A stretch of 61,895 nucleotides of DNA, counting the filler. It is 6 parts of 6 records of this genome, joined end to end, with 100 filler letters (N's around TTAATTAATTAA, not from the genome) between each part and the next. Parts side by side here need not be neighbours in the genome. Positions count along the whole stretch, not along the records: positions 36,214 to 45,995 come from SRR31156797_12014; positions 46,096 to 51,716 come from SRR31156797_12015; 4 more parts are not named here. One strand, given 5' to 3'. The notes beneath the pieces were generated by a model. That model searched no databases. It saw only the letters and a list, made by a program, of their open reading frames with translations, and was not told the origin of the DNA. Position numbers and translations under genes: made by a program. Of this stretch, positions 42,140 to 51,816 are shown piece after piece; positions within the stretch are counted from its first letter, which is position 1; each line of letters starts with the position of its first letter.

Positions 42140-42244
42140 GGGTTTTCTTTTGGGAGGAGGTGTTGACATTATTGATTTGTGTTTTATTTTTTTGTCTATA
42201 TTTACTTGTCTTTAAAATATCGCACAAAAAAAGGAGGTGTTGAT

Positions 42245-42667
42245 ATGAGTGATAAAGTTGTTGCAGGCGTAGTCTTGTCAGGAAATTCTTGTCGGATTGT
42301 ATCTGTGAGTGGAAGTAAGGATTCTCATGAGGTTTTAGATGTGAAAACAAATAAAATTGAGATAAATATAAATCCTTCAAGTTCTGATGTGTCAACCTTC
42401 GTAGATTCTTTTCAAGAATACTGTGATGCGAATCGTATTGAAAAGATTGTGTTTAATAAAAGAATGTCCAAAGGAAAAATGGCCAGTAGTGGCGAGTCCT
42501 TTATCATGGAAGGAGCTATTTTGGCTTCTACCTCAGTTGAAGCTGAGAGGGTGCATTCTAAAACGATACAAGCTACAGAGAAGAAGTGTGGTGAGTTGAA
42601 AACAGAGAAACCGACAACCTCAGCTTTAGGCAAGGCATATGATTTAGCATTTGAGGGATTAGAATAG
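42245..42667 (+). CDS. DUF3010-like protein
   Basis: GV.LSG, R..KGK.ASSG.SF.MEG pattern; start ATG 42245 after AGGAGG. Confidence 0.7.
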   Translation: MSDKVVAGVVLSGNSCRIVSVSGSKDSHEVLDVKTNKIEININPSSSDVSTFVDSFQEYCDANRIEKIVFNKRMSKGKMASSGESFIMEGAILASTSVEAERVHSKTIQATEKKCGELKTEKPTTSALGKAYDLAFEGLE

Positions 42668-42671
42668 TTAC

Positions 42672-42703
42672 AAAAAAAGCCGCGACTCCCGCCGCGGCTT
42701 TTT
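42672..42703. terminator. bidirectional intrinsic terminator
   Basis: A7-GCCGCG-loop-CGCGGC-T5 between convergent genes. Confidence 0.85.
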
Positions 42704-42731
42704 ATTTTCAATTCTCTAATCTTCCCCAAAC

Positions 42732-45416
42732 TTACCCGCAAGTAGTATACCCGCAAGCCTTGCAAATCTTGCATCCACCCTCAGGGACGTATGCTTTCTT
42801 GCTGCACTCAGGGCAGCGATCTCCGAGACCTTTGGAGACGATGGTCTGGTCATCCATGTCCAGAGATATGTACTGGCGCAGGATGCGGGAGATGATTGCT
42901 GCTGCATCGATGATGTTGTAGCTGGAGCGGTCCAGCTGGGTCAGGATGCGGTCGATGGGCATGCCTACTCGCAGGAGCATGCTGGTCAGGCGGGTGATGG
43001 TTTCCCAGAGGGAGTATTTTTCCTGAAAGACCTGTTCATTGTAGAATCCATCTCCGGTCATTCCGGCTTCCTTGGGCAGCTTAACGAATATTTCAATGGG
43101 GTTGCCGGAATCATCCAAGGATACGATGATGTACATCTTGGAACCCTTCCACATAACCCGGTGCCGTTCGGCGCGTTCAATATCTCCGAGCTCCCTTTCA
43201 ACTAAGGTCGGGTTCTGGCCCAGCATGGTCGGATCGGATTCTTTGGGTTCCTCTTTCTTGCTCAGCACACCTTTTTTGCAGCCGTTGCGGAAAACTGTCA
43301 CACCCTTGAGGCCGTTCTTCCATGACTCAAGGTAGATTTTGAATATGGTTTCCTTGGGTGTTTCCTCGGCAAGGTTGATGGTCGAGGAAATGGAGCTGTC
43401 AGTGTATTGCTGGATTGCGGCCTGCATGCGGATGCGGTCCATGTAGTCCAGTTCATCGGCCTGCACGTAATTCAGCTTTTCCTTAAGCTGCTGGGCGGTG
43501 TATTTGCCAAACAGATGCTCCTGATTGGTCTCAAGCATCCATTTCAGCGGAGGCATGTGGATGAACTCGAATATCTTACCGGCTTCCAGTCTTGTTTCAC
43601 GGGCATAGCTGAACATGAAAACAGGTTCGATGCCTGAGGTGCAGTTGTCGGACATGATGGAAATGGAACCGGAAGGTCCGACGGTGTTGAATGCGGTGTG
43701 GCGCAGCCCGGTTTTCAGGATTTTCTTTTGCAGTTTTTTGGGCAACTCAAGATTGCTGATGTACGGGCATTCCAGAAAATGGTGGCGTGCATCCTTCTCT
43801 TTCAGGGCTTCGACTTCACCGAACCGCTCGGCGATGTCCGCACTTACGGAGATTTCAGTGATGGCCTTATTGCGCATGATTTCTTTGATGAAATCAATGG
43901 ATTCATTGCTGCCGTAGCGCATGCCCAGCATGGCCAGCATATCGCCCAGTCCGGTGAACTCAATACCGATCCGTTTGCCGTACTTGTCTGCGTTCCTGTG
44001 TTTCTGCAGAGGATGCTTGTTCTGGTTAAGGTCGGACATGGTGTCCATGAAGGCCATGGTCCGGGTCAGGTCATCGTGGAAAAGTTCGCTGTCGAAACGT
44101 GCTTCCTTGGTGAAGGGGTTAACCACGTAACGATATAAAACCATGGCTCCGAGCAGGCAGTTGCTCCAGTAGCCAAGCGCCTGTTCACCGCAGGGGTTGG
44201 TGGACATGGGCTTGAGGCGCAGGGGATCGATGTATGTGCCGGGGGTGTTGCGCTGAGTGGTGTCCTGATAGAGGATGCCCGGATCACCGGATTTCCATGC
44301 GGATTCGCTGATTTCTTCCAGCAGTGCCCGGGCGCTGACGGTCTCATAATCCTTGAGGGGAAGTTCCAGCTCCTGCCAACGGCTGTAGTCGCCGTCCCAG
44401 AGGGTGTTGTAAACGGATTTCACCGGATCGAAGATGTCGGATGTTTCGTTACGCCGTCTGGCGAGGGTAAAGGTCAGGTTCTCTTCGGCAAGGACAGCGC
44501 TACCGTCATTTGTCGGAAGGTCCGGCTGTACTTTGATCCGGTTCTTCTTGGGATCAATTTCGATGACGTTGTAAATTATTTCCGCTTCGATGCGATCTCC
44601 GACCTGCGGATTCAGGGCTTCGTATACTTCTGGCAACAGTTGCAGGGTTGATTCATCAATGATTTTGCCGCTGATTTTGAATCTGTCCGGGAAAATAAAG
44701 GTCCAGTCCTTATCATTCTCTACTGCCTGCATGAATTCATCAGTGACTTTAAGGCTGATGTTCGCACCGAATACGTCCTGAACTTTTCCAGTCAGTGAAT
44801 CCACACCGAAAATTTCTTCGGGCTTGCTTTTGCACCAGATGAAACGGCGGGTTTCAGGGTGTCTGATGTCCATAGAGATCATCAGCGCGCCGCGTCTACC
44901 GTTCTGCCCGATAGTATTGGTCAGTTCGCTGAAAAGGGGCATGAAGCTTACAGCACCGGAAGAGGTCACCGCAGCATTGTTTACCGGGTCCCCGGAAGGA
45001 CGTAGGATGGTGATGTCGATGCCGCTTCCGCCACGGTAGGAGTAAGTGCGGGCCAGTTTCTTCTGGGCTTCGAAGATACCTTCAAGTGAATCTGATTCTA
45101 TCTTAGCCAGATAGCAGTTGCTGAGCGAGCATTTGGCGTGCTCATTTCCGAGGCCGGAAAGTATGGAGCCCGCGGGGATAAAACGCCCGGACTGGAGCAT
45201 TTCGCAGACCTGTTCATTCTCGTTATTTTCGAAGCGGGAATGTTTTAAGTATTCACGGCAAAGTCTGTTCTTTACGTCATTGAATGAGTGTTCCTGAAGA
45301 CGTCCTTTGCGGTCACGGATCTGATATTTTTTGGAACTGACGGTTTCTTGAAAACGGGTATGTTCTTCCAGGGCCATTTTGGCTGATTCTCGGGTGATAA
45401 CAGATTGTTCAGTCAT
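42732..45416 (-). CDS. nrdJ: class II (adenosylcobalamin-dependent) ribonucleotide reductase
   Basis: SLSNCY, GRRGALM, NPCGEQ, GPSGSIS..TSGIEP, SISSTINL; C-terminal TSCPD-like domain and CPEC..C..CGYTTCG tail; no nrdB or nrdG neighbour. Confidence 0.88.
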   Translation of the reverse strand: MTEQSVITRESAKMALEEHTRFQETVSSKKYQIRDRKGRLQEHSFNDVKNRLCREYLKHSRFENNENEQVCEMLQSGRFIPAGSILSGLGNEHAKCSLSNCYLAKIESDSLEGIFEAQKKLARTYSYRGGSGIDITILRPSGDPVNNAAVTSSGAVSFMPLFSELTNTIGQNGRRGALMISMDIRHPETRRFIWCKSKPEEIFGVDSLTGKVQDVFGANISLKVTDEFMQAVENDKDWTFIFPDRFKISGKIIDESTLQLLPEVYEALNPQVGDRIEAEIIYNVIEIDPKKNRIKVQPDLPTNDGSAVLAEENLTFTLARRRNETSDIFDPVKSVYNTLWDGDYSRWQELELPLKDYETVSARALLEEISESAWKSGDPGILYQDTTQRNTPGTYIDPLRLKPMSTNPCGEQALGYWSNCLLGAMVLYRYVVNPFTKEARFDSELFHDDLTRTMAFMDTMSDLNQNKHPLQKHRNADKYGKRIGIEFTGLGDMLAMLGMRYGSNESIDFIKEIMRNKAITEISVSADIAERFGEVEALKEKDARHHFLECPYISNLELPKKLQKKILKTGLRHTAFNTVGPSGSISIMSDNCTSGIEPVFMFSYARETRLEAGKIFEFIHMPPLKWMLETNQEHLFGKYTAQQLKEKLNYVQADELDYMDRIRMQAAIQQYTDSSISSTINLAEETPKETIFKIYLESWKNGLKGVTVFRNGCKKGVLSKKEEPKESDPTMLGQNPTLVERELGDIERAERHRVMWKGSKMYIIVSLDDSGNPIEIFVKLPKEAGMTGDGFYNEQVFQEKYSLWETITRLTSMLLRVGMPIDRILTQLDRSSYNIIDAAAIISRILRQYISLDMDDQTIVSKGLGDRCPECSKKAYVPEGGCKICKACGYTTCG

Positions 45417-45687
45417 TATTATGAAGTTCCTTTAGAGGGCTTTTTCCAAACCCTGAGGTCAAAATTAGCTGCTTTCAAAGCAAGGCGCATGTGTCTCTTT
45501 GAATGATTGTGCGATGCACAGAGCAAGCCACAGCCGTGGAGCAAATGGTATCGTATTACAATACATTTGTCGGCAATAATGCTCCCGTGGCGGAGACAAA
45601 TATTTTGATTTGTGTTGCAGAAAGCCCAGAAGGCGTAAGCTGCATTTTAAAAAGAGAGGTGGTCGTTATCTGCATAAGTCAGATATG

Positions 45688-45796
45688 CTTCAGGCAGGGG
45701 GGCTGGCTTATCCTGATCCTTAAAACGGATGGAATCACAGCGGCAGAACCGCCCCGTACTTTAAACGGGTTCCCTGAGTAATTGAAAATCCTGAAG
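45688..45796 (-). promoter_or_regulatory. cobalamin (B12) riboswitch
   Basis: Minus strand: CTTCAGG...AGGGAA-CCCG/CGGG-GCGG/CCGC-TGTGA...AGCCAG...CCTGCC-TGAAG; closing helix CTTCAGG/CCTGAAG. Confidence 0.82.
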
Positions 45797-45816
45797 TGAA
45801 AAAAACAACGGTTTGA

Positions 45817-45844
45817 AGCTTAACAAACCGTACTCTGCGGTCAA
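45817..45844 (-). promoter_or_regulatory. putative promoter of the riboswitch-nrdJ transcript
   Basis: TTGACC-16nt-TAAGCT, ~20 nt before the riboswitch. Confidence 0.5.
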
Positions 45845-45926
45845 TAATTTTTTATTCATTTTCTATCAAAAGCATCCTTAGCCCAAGAGAGAGTAGGGCT
45901 GGAATGTTTTCAAAGTCTAGAACGCG

Positions 45927-45956
45927 AAAAAGCCGCAACATTTGTTGCGGCTTTTT
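45927..45956 (-). terminator. intrinsic terminator after tRNA
   Basis: AAAAAGCCGCAACA/TGTTGCGGCTTTTT hairpin. Confidence 0.85.
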
Positions 45957-45965
45957 CTAGAAAGA

Positions 45966-45995
45966 TGGTGCCGAAGAGAAGACTCGAACTTCCAC
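45966..45995 (-). tRNA. tRNA-Leu-type gene, 3' part (truncated by contig edge)
   Basis: GTGGAAGTTCGAGTCTTCTCTTCGGCACCA: T arm, acceptor strand CTTCGGC complementary to GCCGAAG, discriminator A, CCA. Confidence 0.85.
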
Positions 45996-46095
45996 NNNNN
46001 NNNNNNNNNNNNNNNNNNNNNNNNNNNNNNNNNNNNNNNTTAATTAATTAANNNNNNNNNNNNNNNNNNNNNNNNNNNNNNNNNNNNNNNNNNNN
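45996..46095. other. artificial contig linker
   Basis: N run with TTAATTAATTAA. Confidence 0.98.
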
Positions 46096-46133
46096 AGAAT
46101 CAATTTTGAATTAAGAAATATATAGGAGGAAAA

Positions 46134-47798
46134 ATGAAAGAAAAATTATTAGGGCTTTGGAATCAAATATATGATGGTAAACATGCAGATATGTTTGGCA
46201 AAGTGATGGATTGTTTAAACAATGAAAAAGAGATCGCTTTAAGTAATAAAAAAGAGAAGAATGAAACATGGTATAAAGAAGCTGTTATCTATTCTCTATA
46301 TGTAGACCTGTATTCAGGAGATTTCGACGGATTAACTGAGAAACTTGGATATATCAAAGAGTTAGGTGCAAATGTACTTTGGTTACTTCCTTTACTTGAT
46401 TCACCAATGAGAGATCAGGGCTTTGATATCAAAGATTATTATTCAGTTAGACCAGATCTTGGTGGTAATGAAAGTTTCTTGAACTTTATCGAAGAAGCAC
46501 ATAAAAATGGAATAAGAATCATATTTGATATGGCACTTAACCATACTTCTGACCAACATGAATGGTTTAGAAAAGCAGTAGAAGATAAAGATTCTAAATA
46601 TAGAGATTATTATATCTGGAGTGATACAGATGAGAAATATGCAGGTGTAAGACTATTATTCAAAGGAATGGTGGATAGTAACTGGGAATGGAGTGAAGAA
46701 GCAGGTGAATATTTCTATCACAGATTTTACGGTTTCCAACCTGATCTAAACTATAGAAATCCGGAAGTTGTATTCGAAGTACTTAAAGCTATGCTTTACT
46801 GGAAAGGAAAAGGAATCGACGGATTAAGATTAGATGCGATCCCATTTATTTGGAAAGAAGAGGGAACAAGTTGTGAAAACCTGCCTCAGACACATTCGAT
46901 TATTAAGTTCTTTAGACATGCACTTGACTATGTTTCTACGGGAATGTTATTATTAGCAGAGGCAAATATGACTCCTAAAGACGTAGTTGAATATTTTGGT
47001 GACGGAGATGAGTGTCATGCAGCGTACCATTTCCCTGTAATGCCAAAATTCTATCTTGCACAAGCTGAAGGAGATTATACATATATCAAAGAGACTCTGT
47101 CAGAAGAGGTAACTCCTAAAGTTCCGAAAGGCTGTCAATGGTTATCATTTCTTAGGCTTCATGATGAACTTACTCTGGAATTTGTAACACCTGAAGAGAA
47201 GGATAAAATGAATAATCATTATTTAAAAGGTTCGCAGTATGGGTTTAGAGTAGATGAAGGAATATCTGGTAGAATATTCGGAATGTTCGAAGGAGATACA
47301 GATAAGATATTAAATATGTATTCGATGTTATTCTCAACTATTGGCTCACCAATTATCTATTATGGTGATGAAGTTGGAATGAAAAATGATGAAGAGTTTT
47401 ATTACTCAAATATTAAGCAAACAGGTTTCCCTGATTCAAGATTTTTTAACAGAGGAAAAATGGACTGGAAGAGAGCACAAAATGCTATATTTAACAAAAA
47501 CTCTGCTGAAGGAAAAATCTATTATGGCTTAAAATCAATAATTGCAGCAAGAAAAGAAGTTAAGAGATTCTTTGAAGCAGAGATGAAAATAGTTGAATCG
47601 GCAGATAAAGCATTATTTATTACTGAAAGAGTAGTAGATGGAGAAAAATTAACAATTATTCAAAATTTATCAAATGAAAATAAAACAGTATATAATGGTG
47701 CAGGAGTAAATGTACTAACTGGTGAAGAGTTAAAAGATAGCTTAGAATTAAAAGCTTATGAGTATATATGGAGTGTAGAAGTTTTGTCTGATAAGTAA
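46134..47798 (+). CDS. GH13 alpha-amylase family, trehalose synthase (TreS)-like
   Basis: DMALNHTSDQH, GLRLDAIP..GTSCENLPQTH, LLAEAN, LHDELTLE. Confidence 0.85.
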   Translation: MKEKLLGLWNQIYDGKHADMFGKVMDCLNNEKEIALSNKKEKNETWYKEAVIYSLYVDLYSGDFDGLTEKLGYIKELGANVLWLLPLLDSPMRDQGFDIKDYYSVRPDLGGNESFLNFIEEAHKNGIRIIFDMALNHTSDQHEWFRKAVEDKDSKYRDYYIWSDTDEKYAGVRLLFKGMVDSNWEWSEEAGEYFYHRFYGFQPDLNYRNPEVVFEVLKAMLYWKGKGIDGLRLDAIPFIWKEEGTSCENLPQTHSIIKFFRHALDYVSTGMLLLAEANMTPKDVVEYFGDGDECHAAYHFPVMPKFYLAQAEGDYTYIKETLSEEVTPKVPKGCQWLSFLRLHDELTLEFVTPEEKDKMNNHYLKGSQYGFRVDEGISGRIFGMFEGDTDKILNMYSMLFSTIGSPIIYYGDEVGMKNDEEFYYSNIKQTGFPDSRFFNRGKMDWKRAQNAIFNKNSAEGKIYYGLKSIIAARKEVKRFFEAEMKIVESADKALFITERVVDGEKLTIIQNLSNENKTVYNGAGVNVLTGEELKDSLELKAYEYIWSVEVLSDK

Positions 47799-47907
47799 TG
47801 AATTTTGAATGGCTATTAATTATTGGTCATAAAATTTTATTAAAATTAAAGTACAACATTATTATAGTAGAAAAATTAGACTAAACGAATAGGAAGGAGC
47901 AATTTAG

Positions 47908-49395
47908 ATGTTTGAAAGAGGGTCTGGAATTTTATTGGGAATCAGTTCTCTACCAGGAAAATATGGAATTGGAACTGTAGGTAAGGAAGCGCATGACTTT
48001 GTAGACTTCCTAACGAAATCAAAACAAAAATTATGGCAAATTTTTCCGTTAGGACCAACAGGTTACGGAAATTCACCATATCAGTGTTTCTCATCATTTG
48101 CGGGAAATCCATATTTAATCAACTTAGAGAAGTTAGTTGAAGAGGGATATGTAAAACAAGAAGAGATTGAAGTATTAAAATTAGATGAAAATTGGATAGA
48201 TTACGGGAAACTTTATGAAATAAAACTTCCTTTATTAGAAAAGCTTCACTCAAGATTTCTTGAAAAAGAAGATGAACTTGAAAAAGCAAGATATGAGCTA
48301 TTCTGTAAAGAAAAGCAAGAGTGGTTAGATGATTATGCTCTGTTTATGGGACTTAAGAAGCATTTTAACGGATTAAGCTGGTTCAATTGGGAAGATAATA
48401 TTAGAAAAAGAGATATAGATGCAATAGCTAAGTATACAGAGCTTTTACAAGATGAAATTAACAGTGTGAAATTCATTCAATATACTTTTTTCAAACAATG
48501 GAAACAGTTAAAAGCACATGCAGCATTTAATGGAATAAAAATTGTTGGAGATATACCTATATTTATCGCAGAAGATAGTTCTGACGCATGGTCACATCCT
48601 GAACTGTTCCTATTTGATGAAGATAGAAAACCGGTAAAAGTTGCGGGAGTTCCACCTGATTACTTCAGTAAAACTGGTCAATTATGGGGAAATCCACTAT
48701 ATGATTGGGATTACCACAAGGAGACTGGTTACGAATGGTGGATCAAGAGAGTAGAAGAAAATCTTGAATTGGTAGATATTATAAGGATAGATCACTTTAG
48801 AGGTTTCGCGGGGTACTGGTCAATTGATGCCGGTGAAACCACTGCAATGAATGGTAGATGGGAAAAAGGTCCCGGAAGAGACCTGTTTGAAGCGATAGAA
48901 AAAGCCCTTGGTAAACTACCATTTATTGCGGAAGATTTAGGAGTAATTACTCCGGATGTTGAAGAGTTAAGAGATGGGTTGGGATTACCTGGAATGAAGA
49001 TACTTCAATTTGGTTTTGATAAAGCTGAAGGAAGTGATTTCCTGCCTCATACTTTTGATAGAAATTGTGTAGTATATACCGGAACGCATGATAATAATAC
49101 TTCACTTGGATGGTTCCAAGCTGCACCTGCTGAAGAAAAAGAAGATGCTCTTAGATATATGAAAACTGACGGAGAAGAAATCTCTTGGGATTTCATAAGA
49201 CTGGGATGGTCATCGAGTGCAACATTAGCACTAGCACCTATGCAGGATCTGCTTTCGTTAGGAAGTGATTATAGAATAAATGAACCTGGAACTCTTGGTG
49301 GGAGAAACTGGGAGTGGATGGTTCAGGATAATGACTTAACAAATGAACTTTTAGATAAATTAAAAGATTTAACTCTTCTATATAGAAGATGGTAA
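47908..49395 (+). CDS. malQ: 4-alpha-glucanotransferase (GH77)
   Basis: GDIPIF, GVPPDYFS.TGQLWGNP, RIDHFRG, AEDLG, YTGTHDN. Confidence 0.96.
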   Translation: MFERGSGILLGISSLPGKYGIGTVGKEAHDFVDFLTKSKQKLWQIFPLGPTGYGNSPYQCFSSFAGNPYLINLEKLVEEGYVKQEEIEVLKLDENWIDYGKLYEIKLPLLEKLHSRFLEKEDELEKARYELFCKEKQEWLDDYALFMGLKKHFNGLSWFNWEDNIRKRDIDAIAKYTELLQDEINSVKFIQYTFFKQWKQLKAHAAFNGIKIVGDIPIFIAEDSSDAWSHPELFLFDEDRKPVKVAGVPPDYFSKTGQLWGNPLYDWDYHKETGYEWWIKRVEENLELVDIIRIDHFRGFAGYWSIDAGETTAMNGRWEKGPGRDLFEAIEKALGKLPFIAEDLGVITPDVEELRDGLGLPGMKILQFGFDKAEGSDFLPHTFDRNCVVYTGTHDNNTSLGWFQAAPAEEKEDALRYMKTDGEEISWDFIRLGWSSSATLALAPMQDLLSLGSDYRINEPGTLGGRNWEWMVQDNDLTNELLDKLKDLTLLYRRW

Positions 49396-49701
49396 AATAG
49401 CCCCAAACTAAAAAAAGTCTTCGGCTTCAATAATCAATCAAAAAGGAGCCGGACTTTTAAAAAATTTACTTTATATAACTTCCTCATGCAGCAAAGAATA
49501 TAAGGAAATATAATTGTATGAACAGAGCCTTTCTTATTTATTTAAGAGAGGTTTTGTTTTTTTATATTTAAAATAAAGGAATACAAAAAAATACTAGTAA
49601 AAACTATAAGAAGAGGTATAATAATAGGAGTGTATATTTAAATAACACTTGTTATTATGTGCGTGAATTTTGCAAAAAATATATGAGGAAAGGAGAAGAA
49701 C

Positions 49702-50736
49702 ATGAATCAAAATACTGACAAGAAAAAAAAGAAACAATCTTTAGCACAAAGAGAACAGATTCTAGCTTATAAACTCTTATTTCCAAGTTTTCTTATACTT
49801 GCAATCATAGCAGCATATCCGCTGTCTAATGTGTTTTATGCAAGTTTTACTAACAGGAAGTTTGCTTCGTCGCGAAAAGTAGAATTCGTTGGAGTTCAAA
49901 ATTACAAAAAACTGCTCTCTGTAACGATTAAACAACTTGAATCAAAAGATCAAAAAACAAGAGAAGTATTGCCAAGAAAACCAATTAGATACAAAGAGTT
50001 TAAAAAATTCTCAATAGGAAATAATCATTATGTAATTGGTGCGGCAAATCCTGATTTTCTCGATTCAATAGGAAACACAGTTACTTTTGCTATATGGTCT
50101 GTGGTTTTAGAGCTTATAATCGGACTAATTATAGCACTTGCTGTAAACTCTAATTTCAGAGGCAAGGGACCAATGAGGGCGGTAATGTTAGTCCCCTGGG
50201 CGGTAATTACTGTAGTTAGTGCCAGAATTTGGGAATGGATGTTTAAGGCGAATAGGACAGGGCTTTTTAATACTATTGCTTCAATGTCAGGTTTAGGAGA
50301 CGGGCAAGCCTCATTTCTAACAAATACCAGCCTCCAATTACCGGCAATTATAGCGGTAGATGTGTGGAAAACAGCACCATTTATGGCACTGCTGATACTG
50401 GCTGGATTGCAGACTATTCCGTCATCTCTATATGAAGCTGCGAAAGTAGATGGAGCGGGGAAAATCAGACAATTTTTTTCTATAACTCTGCCTTTGCTTA
50501 AACCAACTATTGCTATAGCATTAATATTTAGAACACTTGACGCACTTAGAGCATTTGATGTATTTCAGGTTTTATTAGCTGACAGACGATACTCTATGGC
50601 AAGTTATAACTATACACAACTTATTAAATTTAAAAACATGGGAATGGCCTCTGCAATAGGAATGATAATATTTATTATTATCTTTGTATTTGCAATAGGA
50701 TATATTAAATTCTTAGGGGTTGATTCTGATGACTAA
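49702..50736 (+). CDS. carbohydrate ABC transporter permease (MalF/ThuF-like)
   Basis: LAGLQTIP..LYEAAKVDGA EAA loop. Confidence 0.92.
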   Translation: MNQNTDKKKKKQSLAQREQILAYKLLFPSFLILAIIAAYPLSNVFYASFTNRKFASSRKVEFVGVQNYKKLLSVTIKQLESKDQKTREVLPRKPIRYKEFKKFSIGNNHYVIGAANPDFLDSIGNTVTFAIWSVVLELIIGLIIALAVNSNFRGKGPMRAVMLVPWAVITVVSARIWEWMFKANRTGLFNTIASMSGLGDGQASFLTNTSLQLPAIIAVDVWKTAPFMALLILAGLQTIPSSLYEAAKVDGAGKIRQFFSITLPLLKPTIAIALIFRTLDALRAFDVFQVLLADRRYSMASYNYTQLIKFKNMGMASAIGMIIFIIIFVFAIGYIKFLGVDSDD

Positions 50737-51595
50737 TAATAAGAATACTATATTAGCTAAAATAGGCTTATATTTGCTGATAGCTCTTATAGCATTTTAT
50801 ATGCTGTTTCCGTTTCTATGGGCCTTAGTTTCATCTTTTAAAGATGAAGCTCAGCTACAGATGATACCTGCTACTTTGATACCAAGAGATCCTGTTACTA
50901 ATGGAGTTAGTTTTTCATTGAAAAACTATAGAGCGATATTTTCTGATCCGACTTTTATTAGAGGATTGTTTAATAGTACCATAGTTGCAGGAGTAACAAC
51001 TGCTTTAGCATTGACAGTAGGAGCTTTTGCAGCCTTTGCACTTGGAAAATTAAGATTTAGGGGTAGAAAAATCTCTCTTTATATTATTTTAGCAATGACA
51101 ATGTTTCCGCAAGTTACGGTTCTTACGGGACTTTATGCAGTAATAAATGCTATGAATCTGCCTGCAATAGCAAGTATGATACTTTCATATATGTTATTTA
51201 CACTGCCATTTACGACTTGGGTTCTTACTTCATTCTTTAAGGAACTTCCTGTTGAATTGATGCAGTCAGCTCAGGTAGATGGAGCGACCCCGTTTCAGAG
51301 TTTTAGGTTTATCCTATTGCCTCTTACGGCACCGGCACTGGTTACTACAGGACTTTTAGCATTTATAGCAGCATGGAATGAATATCTGTTTGCACTTACT
51401 TTTACTTCAATAGAACCAACTGCGAGAACGGTGCCTGTTGCAATAGCTCTGTTTAGTGGAACCGTAGCGAGACAGGAACCTTTTGGTGAAATAATGGCAG
51501 CTGCAATAATAGTTACGATACCGATTATTGTTCTTGTTCTGTATTTCCAGAAGAGAATAGTTGCAGGATTAACAGCAGGAGCAGTGAAGGGATAA
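50729..51595 (+). CDS. carbohydrate ABC transporter permease (MalG/ThuG-like)
   Basis: SAQVDGA, AWNEYLFA, VAGLTAGAVKG; ATG 50729 overlaps the previous stop. Confidence 0.92.
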   Translation: MTNNKNTILAKIGLYLLIALIAFYMLFPFLWALVSSFKDEAQLQMIPATLIPRDPVTNGVSFSLKNYRAIFSDPTFIRGLFNSTIVAGVTTALALTVGAFAAFALGKLRFRGRKISLYIILAMTMFPQVTVLTGLYAVINAMNLPAIASMILSYMLFTLPFTTWVLTSFFKELPVELMQSAQVDGATPFQSFRFILLPLTAPALVTTGLLAFIAAWNEYLFALTFTSIEPTARTVPVAIALFSGTVARQEPFGEIMAAAIIVTIPIIVLVLYFQKRIVAGLTAGAVKG

Positions 51596-51601
51596 AACTA
51601 A

Positions 51602-51697
51602 CCCCCACCTAGCCTCCCCCCTGATAAGGGGAGGAATTAAAAAAATATCATTATTTTTCTAAGCAAAGTCAAATTAGTTCATTTTGACTTAGAAAAA
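51602..51697. repeat. REP-like GC hairpin plus a longer inverted repeat after the permeases
   Basis: CCCCACCTAGCCTCCCC...GGGGAGG; TTTTTCTAAG..GTCAAA/TTTGAC..TTAGAAAAA. Confidence 0.5.
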
Positions 51698-51716
51698 CAA
51701 TTTAGAATATTTTTTA

Positions 51717-51816
51717 NNNNNNNNNNNNNNNNNNNNNNNNNNNNNNNNNNNNNNNNNNNNTTAATTAATTAANNNNNNNNNNNNNNNNNNNNNNNNNNNN
51801 NNNNNNNNNNNNNNNN
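51717..51816. other. artificial contig linker
   Basis: N run with TTAATTAATTAA. Confidence 0.98.

Noticed and set aside
42104-42144. CGAGAAGCCTTAA and TCAAGGGTT resemble stretches of E. coli 6S RNA on the plus strand
   Set aside because: Short matches recalled from memory, outside the folded region, on the opposite strand and overlapping the putative promoter; treated as chance
44412-44684. Intein in nrdJ
   Set aside because: No Cys/Ser start, no His-Asn end and no LAGLIDADG motif; too short
45503-45781. 92-aa plus-strand ORF
   Set aside because: Antisense to the cobalamin riboswitch and nrdJ leader; no coding features
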